Virus record (IMG/VR): IMGVR_UViG_3300027777_001718
Span: 1 to 64,000 of that record
Direction: 5' to 3' (one strand)
Source: a virus
DNA: 64,000 nt
Part shown: positions 1 through 11,238 of the stretch, piece after piece
Position numbering within the stretch: the first letter of the stretch is position 1
Layout: the number at the start of each line of letters is the position of its first letter
Position numbers and translations under genes: made by a program
Notes under the pieces: generated by a model
Told to the model about the DNA's origin: nothing
Database searches by the model: none
Seen by the model: the letters and a program-made list of their open reading frames with translations, nothing else

Positions 1-211
1 AGTTTTCGCTAGCGGCTTTACACATAGCTACTCTTTCGGCGCAGATAGTCAGGCCAAAAGAGGCGTTCTCGACGTTACAGCCGGTATAGATATCAGCTGT
101 TTCTGCAAAAAGCGCCGCGGCGCCAACCCTAAACTTAGAGTACGGCGAATAGGCCGCAAGGGCAGCTTTGCGCGCTACGTCGACAAGAATATCAGCGGCA
201 ATATCGGGCAT
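1..211 (-). CDS. cdd: Cytidine deaminase (homotetrameric type), runs off the left window edge
   Basis: Not in the ORF track. Manual translation from ATG at 211 gives MPDIAADILVDVARKAALAAYSPYSKFRVGAAALFAETADIYTGCNVENASFGLTICAERVAMCKAASEN, with the hallmark AYxPYSxFxVGAA, GCNVENAS and CAER motifs. Confidence 0.93.
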   Translation of the reverse strand, partial: MPDIAADILVDVARKAALAAYSPYSKFRVGAAALFAETADIYTGCNVENASFGLTICAERVAMCKAASEN

Positions 212-258
212 GTTGCATTACAAATTCTCTGGCGCCGGCGCCGTCGGCATAAATATAA

Positions 259-480
259 CTAAATTTCTGCCGCTACCCACGTCCCCGTCGCAACGTCAAG
301 CGTCCAGCCCTCGCCGGGGCATGGCTTTGGCTCAAGCCACGTCCACCCATCCACAGGGAAGCTGTATTCCTCGCGACGCTCCGCAAGCAGCGTGAATCCC
401 GGCCCATAAACGCCATTCGGCGCAAAGAGCAATTCTTTAGAATCGGGGTCACGTTTGTAAAAACCTGCGGTTTCATTCAT
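259..480 (-). CDS. Small hypothetical fibre-associated protein
   Basis: Likely start MNETAGFYK overlaps the stop of the LRR gene; Trp/Pro-rich C-terminus (PVDGWTW). Confidence 0.55.
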   Translation of the reverse strand: MNETAGFYKRDPDSKELLFAPNGVYGPGFTLLAERREEYSFPVDGWTWLEPKPCPGEGWTLDVATGTWVAAEI

Positions 481-2021
481 ACGGCTACCGTCCATCCCTT
501 TGCCGTTGCAATTGATGTGGTGCAAGTTGCGGCACCGTAGTTGCCCGTGACGGTGATTGTCTTGCCAGAGCCAGACGAAGAGAGGTTGTTGAAGATCGCG
601 TCAATCTGTGCGGCTGACAATTTGCAGGAAGCGAACGAAATCGTCTGATTGATGTTGGTACAGCCAACGGAACACAACGACGGCGATGAACTCGCGAAGC
701 TGGTTAGTGTTGTGACAGTCGACAGGTTTAGTGCTGGCAATGCCGTCAGGTACAAACAGCTATTAAACATATTCTGCGCATTCACGCCCGCCGCCGACAT
801 GACAAACAAAGGAACCGATGTAACCCCCGAGCTTTGGAACATGCCAATTACGTTTGTTGCCGCAGTCAGATTAAACAGAGGCACTGACGCGAGTAATGTG
901 CAGCTTGCAAACATATTTTGCATACTTGTTACGGACGCTGTATTAAACAGCCCAACAGAGACAAGAGACGAGCAGGTATTGAACATTTGGAATGTACTTG
1001 TCAGCGAAGGCGTATTAAATGCCGGCGAAGAAATAAGCCTTGTGCAACCGCTGAACATGGTCGACATGCTTGTCACAGAAGACGTATTAAACAAAGGACA
1101 CGTTGCAAGCGATGTGCAAGAACTAAACATGCTGGCCATGTCGGTAACGGAAGCAGTGTTAAATAACGGAACCGATGCAAGAGATGAACAGCCACTAAAC
1201 ATAGTATTCATGCTAGTGACGGACGCTGTGTTAAGCAGTGGCACTGCAACAAGAGATCGGCAACTCCAAAACATCTGGGTCATGTCTCGCACAGAAGCCG
1301 TATTGAGCAGCGGGATAGATGTGAGCGCAAAACAATCCCTAAACATTCCCACCATAGTGGTTACGGATGATGTGTTCAAGAAAGGGACAGCCGACAAAGA
1401 CCAGCATTGGTAGAACATAGAACTCATGTTCGTAACTGATGCCGTGTCAAACAAAGGAACGGACACGAGCGCGATGCAGCCCTGAAACATGTTGGCCGTG
1501 CTGGTCATGCTGTGTTGCAGGACAGTAATCTGCTTCAGATATGCTTGTGTTACGGTGCCAGAAAACCTCAATGATGTTATGCTGCTGCCATTCACCGCAA
1601 CATCTAGCCAGCCCCCCGAATAACCAACAGACGTGCTGCTATGCCGCACGTTAAGGTTGACGCTTGTCAAAGTCTGACCGCTCTGCGGATAGACTTGGAT
1701 GACAACCTGCCTGTAACCAAGCGTTGATTCGCCCGTGCTACTGATCGCAGTGTAGTCATAGGTTTTCTGCGCGGTTGCTCCGCTGGCGTGATTGGTGGTC
1801 GTCCCGTCACCCCAATCAACCGTGTAGGCACCAGCCGCCGTGAGCGCGACAAAATTTCCGTCAACATCAATACGGTGCAGCCCAGCAAGTCTCTGTTGCC
1901 CCGCCACGCTGGGCAGGGATGTCCAAGCAGATGGCCGCACCCACAACGTGTCAGTAGTGGCTGCTGAGAGAAAGCCGCGACTGTTGCTCAGTCGCGGGCG
2001 AGATGCCGATGTTACTGTCAC
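477..2021 (-). CDS. BspA/DUF285-type leucine-rich-repeat surface protein with N-terminal PKD-like segment (putative adhesin)
   Basis: About a dozen ~22-aa repeats of the form SVPLFNTASVTxMxxMFxxCxSL; YTVDWGDGTT motif near the N-terminus. Confidence 0.85.
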   Translation of the reverse strand: MTVTSASRPRLSNSRGFLSAATTDTLWVRPSAWTSLPSVAGQQRLAGLHRIDVDGNFVALTAAGAYTVDWGDGTTTNHASGATAQKTYDYTAISSTGESTLGYRQVVIQVYPQSGQTLTSVNLNVRHSSTSVGYSGGWLDVAVNGSSITSLRFSGTVTQAYLKQITVLQHSMTSTANMFQGCIALVSVPLFDTASVTNMSSMFYQCWSLSAVPFLNTSSVTTMVGMFRDCFALTSIPLLNTASVRDMTQMFWSCRSLVAVPLLNTASVTSMNTMFSGCSSLASVPLFNTASVTDMASMFSSCTSLATCPLFNTSSVTSMSTMFSGCTRLISSPAFNTPSLTSTFQMFNTCSSLVSVGLFNTASVTSMQNMFASCTLLASVPLFNLTAATNVIGMFQSSGVTSVPLFVMSAAGVNAQNMFNSCLYLTALPALNLSTVTTLTSFASSSPSLCSVGCTNINQTISFASCKLSAAQIDAIFNNLSSSGSGKTITVTGNYGAATCTTSIATAKGWTVAV

Positions 2022-2344
2022 GTTATCTCGACTCCGAATAGCGAGAACGCGAGATTTGCTGTCCCGGCGTAGACCGAAACAACGTCGGTCGCAGCAAGCG
2101 AAATGCCAAGCGTGAGGAAGAGCGAATCGTTTGCGTTCACCGTGGCGTCGTAGGCTAAGTAATGCTGATTTGCCACAGTCGCCCCCGCAGGTCGAACGGC
2201 CACGCGAAACGTAGTCGAAACGCCGAGGTTAGCCACTGAAAGAGTTGAGGCGACGGCACTGGTCGATGCCGGAACCGTGTACAGAGTGGTCAGTGTCGTC
2301 GCAGACGGGTTGCTCTGGCCGAGAACTTTGTGCGTCTGTGGCAT
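2018..2344 (-). CDS. Small beta-rich virion/fibre adaptor protein
   Basis: MPQTHKVLGQSNPSATT...LFGVEIT; coupled to both neighbours in the fibre block. Confidence 0.6.
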   Translation of the reverse strand: MPQTHKVLGQSNPSATTLTTLYTVPASTSAVASTLSVANLGVSTTFRVAVRPAGATVANQHYLAYDATVNANDSLFLTLGISLAATDVVSVYAGTANLAFSLFGVEIT

Positions 2345-2347
2345 TTC

Positions 2348-2590
2348 TCAGCCTCCCATCAGAAGGAATGGATGTAATGGAACGAAGTCGAGGCGAGCCT
2401 GCGAAAGCGTGCCGCTGGTCAGGTAGCTGGCATTGATCCCTTCATAGGGCAACGAAACCCACGCCGTGCTGCCGTCGCCAACCTTAAAGCGATTTGTATC
2501 TGTTTCGACAACAATCTCGCCAGCCGCGATGGTTGGATTGTTTGCCGTGAGAATAGCCGCTGTGCCGCGTTTGTGTTGTACTGTTTTCAT
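2348..2590 (-). CDS. Stand-alone Mtd-N/hyaluronidase-N-like fibre connector domain protein
   Basis: QHKRGTAA...[32 protein letters not shown] motif; C-terminal HPFLLMGG. Confidence 0.75.
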   Translation of the reverse strand: MKTVQHKRGTAAILTANNPTIAAGEIVVETDTNRFKVGDGSTAWVSLPYEGINASYLTSGTLSQARLDFVPLHPFLLMGG

Positions 2591-3885
2591 GAGCCGCTCA
2601 CGCTCACATTCTTAAACGCCGAGCTTGAGTAGCTCGGGATAAACGACAGTACGTCACCGCTTGCCAGCGACAATGAGCCGGATCGGGAAATGCCAGAACC
2701 GTCGTAGCCGTTGTAGTCAAGCTGCGAGACTTGCGTTCCGTTCTTGCGAACACTCAGATATTCGCCGTTCAGCCCAGCGTCGATGCCCGTGATTGTGTAC
2801 GAAACAGTGCATGACGCTGACGCTGTCCAACGGTAATACCGCAGGCTGTCTGCGTTGCTATCTGGCACTTCTGTCGCACGCACATAAGGTGAAGCGGCCG
2901 TTCCTGCCCCCGTGAACGTACTCGTACCATTCGTTCGCGAGATTGTGATCTTAGATGCCGACGGGGCGATTGCAGTGCTGGTGACATACGCGCCAGTGCC
3001 AGCACTGTTCACCGCAGCCACGCGGAAATAATAGTTTGTGCCGCCTGTGAGCCCCGTGACAGTCGCAGTCGTTGCAGTAGATGTTCCATCTGCAAACGTC
3101 GTCCAGCTAGACTGGTCCGTGCTGTACTGCACGATGTAGTCGGTCAATGACGCGCCGCCAGTGTTTGTCGGTGCCGTCCACGACAGAGCCACGCTGCCCA
3201 CGGCAGGAGTGCCAGAGATACCTGTCGGTGCCGCCGGGACGATGGCGGCGTAGGCACCGCAGTCGTAAACGAATGGGTCTGCAAGTTTGGCAGAGGTAAT
3301 GCTGGCGTCTGCAATTGACGCGCTGCCGGCTGGACCAGTAGCGCCGGTGACACCCGCGACACCTGTAGCCCCTGTGGTCCCGACACCTGTGGCGCCAGTT
3401 GTTCCTGTTGCGCCGACAACACCTGTAGCGCCTTGCGCGCCCGTAGCGCCCGTAACACCTACACCCGTCGCGCCTTGAACACCTGTAGCTCCAGTAACGC
3501 CAGCAGGCCCTGTCGCGCCAGTTACACCAGCAGAACCAGCAGGACCAGTAGCGCCTGTAACGCCGGCAGGTCCTATAACGCCAGTAGCGCCTGCTGTGCC
3601 AACACCTGTAGCCCCGGTAACTCCTACACCCGTCGCGCCTTGAACACCTGTAGCTCCAGTAACGCCTGCTGTGCCAACACCTGTAGCGCCAGTAACGCCG
3701 GCAGGCCCTGTAGCGCCTGTAACGCCTGCTGTGCCAACACCTGTAGCTCCAGTAACGCCGGCCGCCCCGTTTATGCCGGTAATATCGCCGGCCAAGTCCC
3801 ATGCGTAACCGGACCACGTAAACGTTCGGCCGTTTTGCACGGACGTTTGGCCAATACTGGGGCTTGCGGGGAATGAAATAGCCAT
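2587..3885 (-). CDS. Collagen-like (Gly-X-Thr) fibre protein with fibronectin type III domain
   Basis: GVTGATG repeats, then [36 protein letters not shown]. Confidence 0.85.
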   Translation of the reverse strand: MAISFPASPSIGQTSVQNGRTFTWSGYAWDLAGDITGINGAAGVTGATGVGTAGVTGATGPAGVTGATGVGTAGVTGATGVQGATGVGVTGATGVGTAGATGVIGPAGVTGATGPAGSAGVTGATGPAGVTGATGVQGATGVGVTGATGAQGATGVVGATGTTGATGVGTTGATGVAGVTGATGPAGSASIADASITSAKLADPFVYDCGAYAAIVPAAPTGISGTPAVGSVALSWTAPTNTGGASLTDYIVQYSTDQSSWTTFADGTSTATTATVTGLTGGTNYYFRVAAVNSAGTGAYVTSTAIAPSASKITISRTNGTSTFTGAGTAASPYVRATEVPDSNADSLRYYRWTASASCTVSYTITGIDAGLNGEYLSVRKNGTQVSQLDYNGYDGSGISRSGSLSLASGDVLSFIPSYSSSAFKNVSVSGS

Positions 3886-3934
3886 AGTTAATTTTAAGCG
3901 TTAACGCGGGCGCCGGTAATAGTTTTAAGATTAG

Positions 3935-4288
3935 TCACGAATTTTGCAACGGCACCCAAGTCAAAATTTCTTCGTTCCAAAAGTGCGGACCTTCCGGCAT
4001 AGGCGTCGGCGGTTGCCAATCGTGGTTCGCATCTAGCGTCCACGACGGAAATGGTCGTGGCGCAACAAATACATCGGCGTCGACGTCGTAGCGACAATCA
4101 ACGCCGGCGAATTGTTTACGGATTCTGCCTGTGTAGCTTGTTTGAACCCATTCGCCGCCAAACAAAGCTTTGCAAAACGCCACGCCTTTGTTTTCATTTT
4201 CAACGCCATTGTCAAGCAACTCTGCGTTAGCAACAACAATGACTTGCGTAACAATGTTGTTTTCGTTTAATTTTGCAAAATGCGCCAT
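3935..4288 (-). CDS. Small fibre-associated protein (MAHFA-type)
   Basis: Likely start MAHFAKLNENNIVTQVIVV just after the upstream stop; WVQTSY and PFPSWTLD motifs typical of genes following Gly-rich fibre genes. Confidence 0.7.
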   Translation of the reverse strand: MAHFAKLNENNIVTQVIVVANAELLDNGVENENKGVAFCKALFGGEWVQTSYTGRIRKQFAGVDCRYDVDADVFVAPRPFPSWTLDANHDWQPPTPMPEGPHFWNEEILTWVPLQNS

Positions 4289-4290
4289 GA

Positions 4291-5706
4291 TTAAAAAGTG
4301 ATACTCCCACTGCCCGTGAACGTGTAAACTGTGTCGCTTCCGACCGTCGTGACAGTTGGCGATCCGACCGTTGACACAGCTGCCGCTGGGCTGCGAATGA
4401 TAACAATACCGGAGCCGCCATTGCCGCCGAAACGCCCGCTGGCGTCGCTTGAATTCCGACATGCGCCGCCGCCGCTGCCAGTGTTTTGCGTGCCGGCCGT
4501 AGCAGAAATTGTTGTGCCTGTTGTACCTGCTCCGCCGATACTACTACCGCCGGCGCCAGCGTTGGTGTTACCAGAGCCGCCACCACCACCAGCATAAAAG
4601 ACAGAAGAGCCGGTAATGTCGCTGGACACGCCGATACCGCCGGCTCCTCCCGAATTAGTCGCGCCGTTTTGGCCTACAGCGCCAGCGCCGCCGCCGCCAC
4701 CACCCGCGCCATTAACGCCGTTGCCGCCGGCATTACCTTCGCCGGTCACACCTGACGCGCCGGTTGTAGCCGCTCCTGAGTTGTAACCGCCAGCACCGCC
4801 GCCTGAGCCACCGCTAAGCGCGCTCAAGCCTGTGTAAGCGCCACCGCCCCCGCCGCCCGTGGGACTGATAGTGGAAAACACTGAAGAAAACCCACTGCTA
4901 CCCACAAGTCCGATAGCGCCTGTCTGTGAACCGGCTGTGCCTCCCGCGCCGACCGTTACTGTATATGAAGTATTTGCGGATACACTGAGATTACCTGTTT
5001 TTAATCCACCAGCGCCGCCACCGCCGCCAACGCGAGAGCCACCAGCTGCCCCGCCTGAAACAACTAAATAGCGAACAACAATTGTGTTGGTTGGAGTGAC
5101 TGCACTGCTTGCAGTGCTATACGCACCAGTGCCCGCGTCGTTTGTAGCCGAGACCCTAAACACATACGCCGTGCCGTTCGTTAGACCAGTGACAGTGGCA
5201 CTTGTCGCTGTTGATGCAGCCCGCGTAAACGTCGTCCACGTTGATCCAGAGTTGCTGCTGTATTGCACTGTGTAATTGGTGATTGGAGTCTGAGACAGCA
5301 CATTCGGCGCCGTCCACGACACGGCCGCTTGTGTGTTGCTGCCGACGGCCGTCACGCTTGTTGGCGCGGGCGGCACAAGTAGGTTGCGCAAAACACTATC
5401 TACATTGCCGCCTAGCGGGCCAAGCTCCATGTACACAGTGCCAGTCCAGCGATATGTTCTGGCTGTGTCTGTGGCTATATAAATAACATTGCTCGTACCA
5501 GTTGCCGGAAAACTAGCCGCCGTAGCGTACTCGTATATGGCTGCCGAACCACCAAGCGTCACGGTAACAATGTTGCCAGCGGCGTCCTTGGTAAACATTG
5601 CTGGGCTGGACGAATCCCACCTGATCGCTAGTTCGTGCGTTTCCAAATCCGTCGTGAGCGGAACGTTGCTCGCGGTATAGCTACGTTTTGGTTTAATTTT
5701 TGGCAT
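4291..5706 (-). CDS. Fibre protein: connector N-terminus, FN3 domain, glycine-rich C-terminal domain
   Basis: KPKRS..P...L..HELA start; FN3 (YVFRVSATNDAGTG); YLVVSGGAAGG...GGGGAGG...GGSGIVIIR Gly-rich domain. Confidence 0.8.
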   Translation of the reverse strand: MPKIKPKRSYTASNVPLTTDLETHELAIRWDSSSPAMFTKDAAGNIVTVTLGGSAAIYEYATAASFPATGTSNVIYIATDTARTYRWTGTVYMELGPLGGNVDSVLRNLLVPPAPTSVTAVGSNTQAAVSWTAPNVLSQTPITNYTVQYSSNSGSTWTTFTRAASTATSATVTGLTNGTAYVFRVSATNDAGTGAYSTASSAVTPTNTIVVRYLVVSGGAAGGSRVGGGGGAGGLKTGNLSVSANTSYTVTVGAGGTAGSQTGAIGLVGSSGFSSVFSTISPTGGGGGGAYTGLSALSGGSGGGAGGYNSGAATTGASGVTGEGNAGGNGVNGAGGGGGGAGAVGQNGATNSGGAGGIGVSSDITGSSVFYAGGGGGSGNTNAGAGGSSIGGAGTTGTTISATAGTQNTGSGGGACRNSSDASGRFGGNGGSGIVIIRSPAAAVSTVGSPTVTTVGSDTVYTFTGSGSITF

Positions 5707-5709
5707 GTG

Positions 5710-7518
5710 TTAACCCGTGAGCGCAAAAGATGTGTAATTACCGCTAGCCACCGCAGACCAGTTGCCAGTGCCGATCTGAACAGGGGCGTTGCGGTCTGCT
5801 GTGGTGCCGTCACCAACAGCCCCAACGGCATTGTTGCCCCACGCAAACAGTTTGCCGTCGGAGCGGACGGCTAGCACTACGCGGAACGATGCGGCCACCG
5901 CCGTCCAACTGTCCGTTCCAATCTGTATCGGTGCGCTGCGATTTGTGGTCGTGCCATCACCCAGTTGGCCGTATGTGTTTCTGCCCCACGCAAACAGTTT
6001 GCCATCAGCGCGGATCGCGTAGGTGTTTCCTTCGCCTTGATCCACGCTCAACCAACTGTCTGTACCAATTTGCACCGGCGTGTTTCGTGCCGTGGTTGTG
6101 CCGTCACCGACTTCACCACTTGAATTACTGCCCCAGACAAACAGCTTGCCGTCGGAGCGAATAGCGGCGGTGCCGTAATATCCGGCGGAAACCTCCGTCC
6201 AGTTGTCCGTTCCAATCTGTACCGGCGTACTGCGGTCTGTAGTCGTGCCGTCGCCAAGCTGACCTAACGCATTCCAGCCCCACGCAAACAACTTGCCGTC
6301 GGAGCGAATCGCTGCAATGTGTTGATAGTTTGAAGCTATCTTCGTCCAGTTGTCCGTTCCAATCTGTACCGGCGTACTGCGATTAGTAGTCGTGCCGTCG
6401 CCAAGCTGACCCTCTATATTTCTGCCCCAAGCAAACAACTTGCCGTCGGAGCGAATCGCGTAACTGCTCAGGCCTGCGGCGACAGCAGACCAGTCGCTAG
6501 TGCCAATCTGCACCGGCGTGCTTCGTTGCGTGGTCGTGCCGTCACCGAGAGAACCAGCCCACGAATCGCCCCATGAAAACAGTTTTTGCGAACTGCTGAT
6601 GCCGAGTGAGTGTCCGCCTCCGCAAGTAATTTTAGACCAACTGCCGCTGCCGACTTGAACAGGAGACAACCGGTCCGTAGTAGTGCCGTCGCCAATTTGA
6701 CCGGATGAGTTTAGTCCCCAGCCGAACAGAGAAAGTGCAGTTGCAACTGAGCCAACAAAAAACCCGCCGTCAATTGAGTCGTTTTCTCCTAGAACGCCTG
6801 TAGCCCCAGTAACGCCAGCAGGCCCTGTAGCCCCGGTAACTCCCGTAACGCCTGCTGTGCCAACGCCTGTAGCCCCAGTAACGCCCGCCACGCCAGTTGC
6901 GCCTGTTGCCCCACTTGTGCCGGTAACACCAGTAGCGCCCGATACGCCTACCGCACCTTGCGGGCCTGTTGCGCCAGTAATACCAACAGGTCCAGTTGCG
7001 CCTTGAACGCCGGTCGCCCCTACAACACCTGTAGCGCCTGCGCCGCCAGTTACCCCGGTAGCGCCAAAACTTTCTCGGTACGGTAGCGCGGTCCAGCTAA
7101 GAACACCGTCACCGATTTTGAACTTGCCAGTATCTGTTTCAAAGCACGGCTCGCCTACAGATAACAAAATATTCGCAGCGGTCAGGTTAGCCGCAGTACC
7201 GCGCTTAAACTGTATTTTGGTCGTGCTCGAAAGCACTTGCCCGACATCTGAAAACACGCCGCCATTGATCGTGTCGCCATCAGAGTAGCCCGGGCCTGTT
7301 GGACCAGCGGGGCCAGTTGCGCCAGTAACTCCTGTAGCGCCGTTGCCGCCAGATCCGGTGCTGTTTTGATACGGCAGGTCGTTCCAACTATGAACGCCAT
7401 CGCCGATTTTGAACCGATCTGTGTCGGTTTCAAAACACGGCTCCCCAGCATATAACGCCGGGTTTACGCTCGCAAGCGCTAAAGCTGTGCCGCGTCTAAA
7501 ACGAATAAGTGACGACAT
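5710..7518 (-). CDS. Fibre protein: two Mtd-N-like domains, collagen segment, C-terminal 7-repeat RCC1-like beta-propeller
   Basis: Two (K/R)[19 protein letters not shown] domains; G-X-T repeats; seven LFxWGxNxxGxLGDGTTTxRxxPVQIG repeats. Confidence 0.88.
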   Translation of the reverse strand: MSSLIRFRRGTALALASVNPALYAGEPCFETDTDRFKIGDGVHSWNDLPYQNSTGSGGNGATGVTGATGPAGPTGPGYSDGDTINGGVFSDVGQVLSSTTKIQFKRGTAANLTAANILLSVGEPCFETDTGKFKIGDGVLSWTALPYRESFGATGVTGGAGATGVVGATGVQGATGPVGITGATGPQGAVGVSGATGVTGTSGATGATGVAGVTGATGVGTAGVTGVTGATGPAGVTGATGVLGENDSIDGGFFVGSVATALSLFGWGLNSSGQIGDGTTTDRLSPVQVGSGSWSKITCGGGHSLGISSSQKLFSWGDSWAGSLGDGTTTQRSTPVQIGTSDWSAVAAGLSSYAIRSDGKLFAWGRNIEGQLGDGTTTNRSTPVQIGTDNWTKIASNYQHIAAIRSDGKLFAWGWNALGQLGDGTTTDRSTPVQIGTDNWTEVSAGYYGTAAIRSDGKLFVWGSNSSGEVGDGTTTARNTPVQIGTDSWLSVDQGEGNTYAIRADGKLFAWGRNTYGQLGDGTTTNRSAPIQIGTDSWTAVAASFRVVLAVRSDGKLFAWGNNAVGAVGDGTTADRNAPVQIGTGNWSAVASGNYTSFALTG

Positions 7519-7547
7519 TGCAAACTCGAAAAATCAATTGCCGGTAT

Positions 7548-7730
7548 TTACGTTACTTCTCCGCCGTCAGCAATCGAATAATCAAGCAGATTTACGACGG
7601 TATTTTCATCCGTTTTTACAAACACATTGCCGTCCGCGGTGTTAATTGCAATTTCGCCCACGACAAGTTGCGCTGCAGTTGGCGCAGCGCCCTGCGTGGC
7701 GTTTTTCTTCTGCAAAACGATATTGTACAT
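7548..7730 (-). CDS. Mini connector protein (T4 gp37-N-like domain plus DGG motif)
   Basis: LQKKNATQGAAPTAAQLVVGEIAINTADGNVFVK ... IADGGEVT. Confidence 0.7.
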   Translation of the reverse strand: MYNIVLQKKNATQGAAPTAAQLVVGEIAINTADGNVFVKTDENTVVNLLDYSIADGGEVT

Positions 7731-7757
7731 AGTCGTTACCGTTCGTGCAGGCTTAAA

Positions 7758-7976
7758 TTACGGCGCTACCACTTCGCCGCCGTCAGCAATACGCGGTTTC
7801 CGTATTGATATGATAATCTGATTTTCCGTTGCTGTGCCGGCTGTCGGGTCATCCAAGCTTTTCAGAAATACGTCGCCGTCTGCGCCGTTTACCGCAAATT
7901 CGCCAAATTGCAGCGCTGTGACCGTAGGTTCTGCGCCAGATGTTTCGTTGCGCCTGTGCACAATTTGTACAGCCAT
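7758..7976 (-). CDS. Mini connector protein (gp37-N-like domain plus DGG motif)
   Basis: VHRRNETSGAEPTVTALQFGEFAVNGADGDVFLK ... IADGGEVVAP. Confidence 0.7.
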   Translation of the reverse strand: MAVQIVHRRNETSGAEPTVTALQFGEFAVNGADGDVFLKSLDDPTAGTATENQIIISIRKPRIADGGEVVAP

Positions 7977-8010
7977 GATTTACTCGCGTGTTATGCGTTT
8001 TTGGTTATTG

Positions 8011-9447
8011 TCACAGTGGCGGCGTGGGAATTGTGTAAGTAGCGCCGGTGTATATGGCGGCAGAACAGATGCGGATGTTTGACATCATTCCACAACCAAA
8101 TGAACCAACAAGCATGCTGCTGCCGCTAAAAGAATCAGTGACAGTAGCCGAAGCAACCCGCGAGCCATTGGCGTGCAGGTAAACGGTATTTCCGCTGCGC
8201 GACAATGCCACATGCGTCCAAGAGTTGTAACCCAGCGCGTCCGATGTTGACGCTGCCACAGTAGACCCATTGACAGAAAGCCGCAGTTTGCTGCTACCAC
8301 TACCTTCCAGATTAAAAGAAAACACAGAATTTCCAAAAATCTGACAGTTGTTACTCTGAAAACCAAAAAAGTCTGGAACGCACAGCCATGTTTCAAATGT
8401 AAAATTTGATGTGCCAAGCGACAGGTCTGCGAATGTCAGAGTGCGCCCGCCAAAAAACACACACCGCCAATTACCGTTTTGACCGGCTCTGTATCCAACA
8501 ACTGGATCGCCGTAATACGTGTTGACAATAGCGTTCCCGCCGAGCGACCGCGCTGCTGGCCCGCTGTCGGTTGGAGCATCACCGTTGTCTCCGCTATTAG
8601 GCCCGATAAGCAGCAGCGCTGGCGGCGCTGCGCTAGGAGTTACAGAAGCGCTAACAGTTGAATATGCTCCTTGACCGACGCCATTTACCGCAGCAACGCG
8701 AAAAGTGTATGCTGTGTCGTTGGTTAATCCTGTGACGGTCGCGCTCGTCGCCATAGACGTGCTGTCGCTGAATGTAGTCCACGCGCCGCCACTTGGTTGA
8801 TACTGCACAACATAGTCTGTGACAGGAGTCTGCGACAAAACGCCTGTTGGTGCCGTCCACACTACAGCCGCCTGTTCGTTGCCAGACGTCGCACTGACGC
8901 TTGTTGGTGCAGGCGGCAGGAACAAATCCCAACGAGAGTCAGAGCCCGCGCCGCCACCACCGCCACCGCCTGTAGCCGCTAATACGCCGCCAGTGATAGT
9001 TAACCCCGAGCCAATTTTAATGCCGCCAAGCACGCTGCTAGTAGCAGTCGGCAACGTAAAATTAGCGCCAGTAGCCCCTTGTGGCCCTGTAGCGCCTGTA
9101 GCGCCGTCAGCGCCATTTACGCCAGTTGCGCCGGTAACGCCCGCCGCACCAGTGACGCCGGTAACACCCGTCGTGCCTTGCGCGCCCGTGGCTCCAGTAA
9201 CACCAGCAACACCAGTAGCTCCGGTTACGCCGGTAACGCCCTGTACTCCGGTGACGCCAGTGACGCCAGTGACGCCAGCAACACCCGTAGCCCCAGTAAC
9301 GCCAGTGGCGCCTGAACCGGCCGACAACGCCGCAATAGCCGCGAGCGTGACTTTATTTGTGGCCGTGCCGGCCGCATTACTTACCGGAACAACACTTGTG
9401 CCGACAGCTGCAGCACTGGGCAGTTCAGATATCTTAATGTCGGCCAT
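8011..9447 (-). CDS. Fibre protein: KISELP N-terminus, collagen segment, FN3, LamG/concanavalin-like domain
   Basis: [18 protein letters not shown] repeat; FN3; NFTFETW...WTHVALSR...YLHANG...IRI LamG pattern. Confidence 0.85.
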   Translation of the reverse strand: MADIKISELPSAAAVGTSVVPVSNAAGTATNKVTLAAIAALSAGSGATGVTGATGVAGVTGVTGVTGVQGVTGVTGATGVAGVTGATGAQGTTGVTGVTGAAGVTGATGVNGADGATGATGPQGATGANFTLPTATSSVLGGIKIGSGLTITGGVLAATGGGGGGGAGSDSRWDLFLPPAPTSVSATSGNEQAAVVWTAPTGVLSQTPVTDYVVQYQPSGGAWTTFSDSTSMATSATVTGLTNDTAYTFRVAAVNGVGQGAYSTVSASVTPSAAPPALLLIGPNSGDNGDAPTDSGPAARSLGGNAIVNTYYGDPVVGYRAGQNGNWRCVFFGGRTLTFADLSLGTSNFTFETWLCVPDFFGFQSNNCQIFGNSVFSFNLEGSGSSKLRLSVNGSTVAASTSDALGYNSWTHVALSRSGNTVYLHANGSRVASATVTDSFSGSSMLVGSFGCGMMSNIRICSAAIYTGATYTIPTPPL

Positions 9448-9452
9448 CGCGT

Positions 9453-9710
9453 TTACTCCGCTGTAATGTAGTCGCCGGTGTGCGTGACAATACTGTCGCC
9501 GGTATGGATCTGCAATCTAGCACCCGGCGCGAGAATTTCACCGCCGTCGAGCACTGTGATTTGGTTCAAACAGACAATAGCGCCGCTTGTTGTTTTTGTA
9601 AACCACTTCTTGTCGGCCAGATTAACGGCGATTTCACCTACCGTCAACTGACCGGCCGCAGGTACAGCGCCCGATACCGTGCTTTTTTTATGAACAAGCG
9701 TAATTGCCAT
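9453..9710 (-). CDS. Mini connector protein (gp37-N-like domain, DGG motif, TGD repeats)
   Basis: [34 protein letters not shown] ... VLDGGEI ... [17 protein letters not shown]. Confidence 0.7.
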   Translation of the reverse strand: MAITLVHKKSTVSGAVPAAGQLTVGEIAVNLADKKWFTKTTSGAIVCLNQITVLDGGEILAPGARLQIHTGDSIVTHTGDYITAE

Positions 9711-9715
9711 TGTTA

Positions 9716-11221
9716 TTAAAACACGCCGCCGTCGATGACTACGTTATCAATGGTGCCGCCGGTAATCGAAACGTTATTCGAGTTTTGCGTGGCAATCGTG
9801 CCAAGCCCAAGCGTGGTACGGGAGTCAGACGCGCTTGTGTCGTCCACAAGGCTGCGGCCGAACGTCGTGAAGGTCGCGAGCGCAGCTGCGCCAGAGCCCG
9901 TAAAGTACGGCAATCTGTCAGCCGCCGACGTCAAACCAGCCAGTGCCGCTAACTCGGTGTCATAAGCCTGAACATCAGTGCCGATAACCAACCCAAGATT
10001 TGTGCGGGCGCCTGACGCTGTTGTAGCGCCAGTACCGCCGTAGGAAACACCTACAGCTGTACCCTGCCATGTACCACTGGAGATCGTGCCGACTGTGACA
10101 ATGCTGTCGTCGCCGCTATACGTGCCGCCAGCCACATCCGCCAGCGTGCTATTGTAAGCCTGCACGTCTGTGCCGATGACCAGCCCTAAGTTCGTGCGCG
10201 CGCCGCTTGCAGTCGTGGCGCCAGTACCGCCGTAGGAAACACCTACAGCTGTGCCCTGCCATGTGCCGCTGGAGATCGTGCCAACGCTTGTCAGCGACGA
10301 CGCTGTGACGCCAGAACCGAGCGTGTTGCTCGACAGAACTTGCGTGCCGCCGATGTAAACACTGTTGATTTCGATGTCGCCAGTCGAGCCGCTGAATACC
10401 TCAGAAGAATTTGTGGCATCTGGAACAAATGTGAACCGGCCGGCACTAGCGTCATAACCAAAGAAACCCACTTTGGCTGCGGTGCCGTTGTGCCAGCGGA
10501 ATTCGACGCCGCGGTCTTTGTTATCATTACTCGTCGGAGCTGTGTCGCCGCCGAGGGTAATGATCGGATCATCAAGCGTTGTCACCGAGCTGTTAATCGC
10601 TGTAGTGGTGCCGTTGACAGTGATGTTGCCGCTGACAGTAAGATTGCCGCCCACCGTGACGTTGGCAGAGCTATCAACCTTAAAGTTGTTGCTAGCGGCA
10701 TCAAAGCTCGTACCAACACTTGCGGTGCCGGTTGTCGTGATCGACCCTGCGGCAATTGCACCGGCGTTGCTATAAATCACAGCCTTGCTGTTAACGACTG
10801 TGTTGGCTACTGCGCCGTCGAGCAGATTGATTTCGTCATACGACGCTGTAACGCCGTCGAGGATGTTCAACTCAACCGCAGACGATGTAACCGCTACGCC
10901 GCCGATTTGAAACGTGCCGGCGGCATTAAGCGTGCCGTTAAACTTGTTCGTGAAGTCCGCATCGAACGTGTTGCTCGCCGCAAGCTTGGCGTACTGCGAA
11001 AGATTCGAGTTCGTCAGCGCGTTGTCGACATAGGTGGTCGTAGCAAACGCGCCCGAGCCAGCGATCTGAATAATGGTCGAGGCTGAACCGTCACCGGTAT
11101 CGCCTTTTCCATAGTACAAAATATTGTCAATTTCATTGTAAGCTAATTCTGCGTTCTTTAAACCTGAAGGCGCGCCAGCAGTACCTGTAATACGCCGTTT
11201 AATGCGCACTGTATTCGCCAT
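9716..11221 (-). CDS. Tail fibre protein with internal duplication
   Basis: RIKRR..GAPSGL..AELAYN start; [16 protein letters not shown] shaft; two copies of [44 protein letters not shown]; ends VIDGGVF. Confidence 0.82.
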   Translation of the reverse strand: MANTVRIKRRITGTAGAPSGLKNAELAYNEIDNILYYGKGDTGDGSASTIIQIAGSGAFATTTYVDNALTNSNLSQYAKLAASNTFDADFTNKFNGTLNAAGTFQIGGVAVTSSAVELNILDGVTASYDEINLLDGAVANTVVNSKAVIYSNAGAIAAGSITTTGTASVGTSFDAASNNFKVDSSANVTVGGNLTVSGNITVNGTTTAINSSVTTLDDPIITLGGDTAPTSNDNKDRGVEFRWHNGTAAKVGFFGYDASAGRFTFVPDATNSSEVFSGSTGDIEINSVYIGGTQVLSSNTLGSGVTASSLTSVGTISSGTWQGTAVGVSYGGTGATTASGARTNLGLVIGTDVQAYNSTLADVAGGTYSGDDSIVTVGTISSGTWQGTAVGVSYGGTGATTASGARTNLGLVIGTDVQAYDTELAALAGLTSAADRLPYFTGSGAAALATFTTFGRSLVDDTSASDSRTTLGLGTIATQNSNNVSITGGTIDNVVIDGGVF

Positions 11222-11238
11222 AGAAGCACCTCAAAAGT

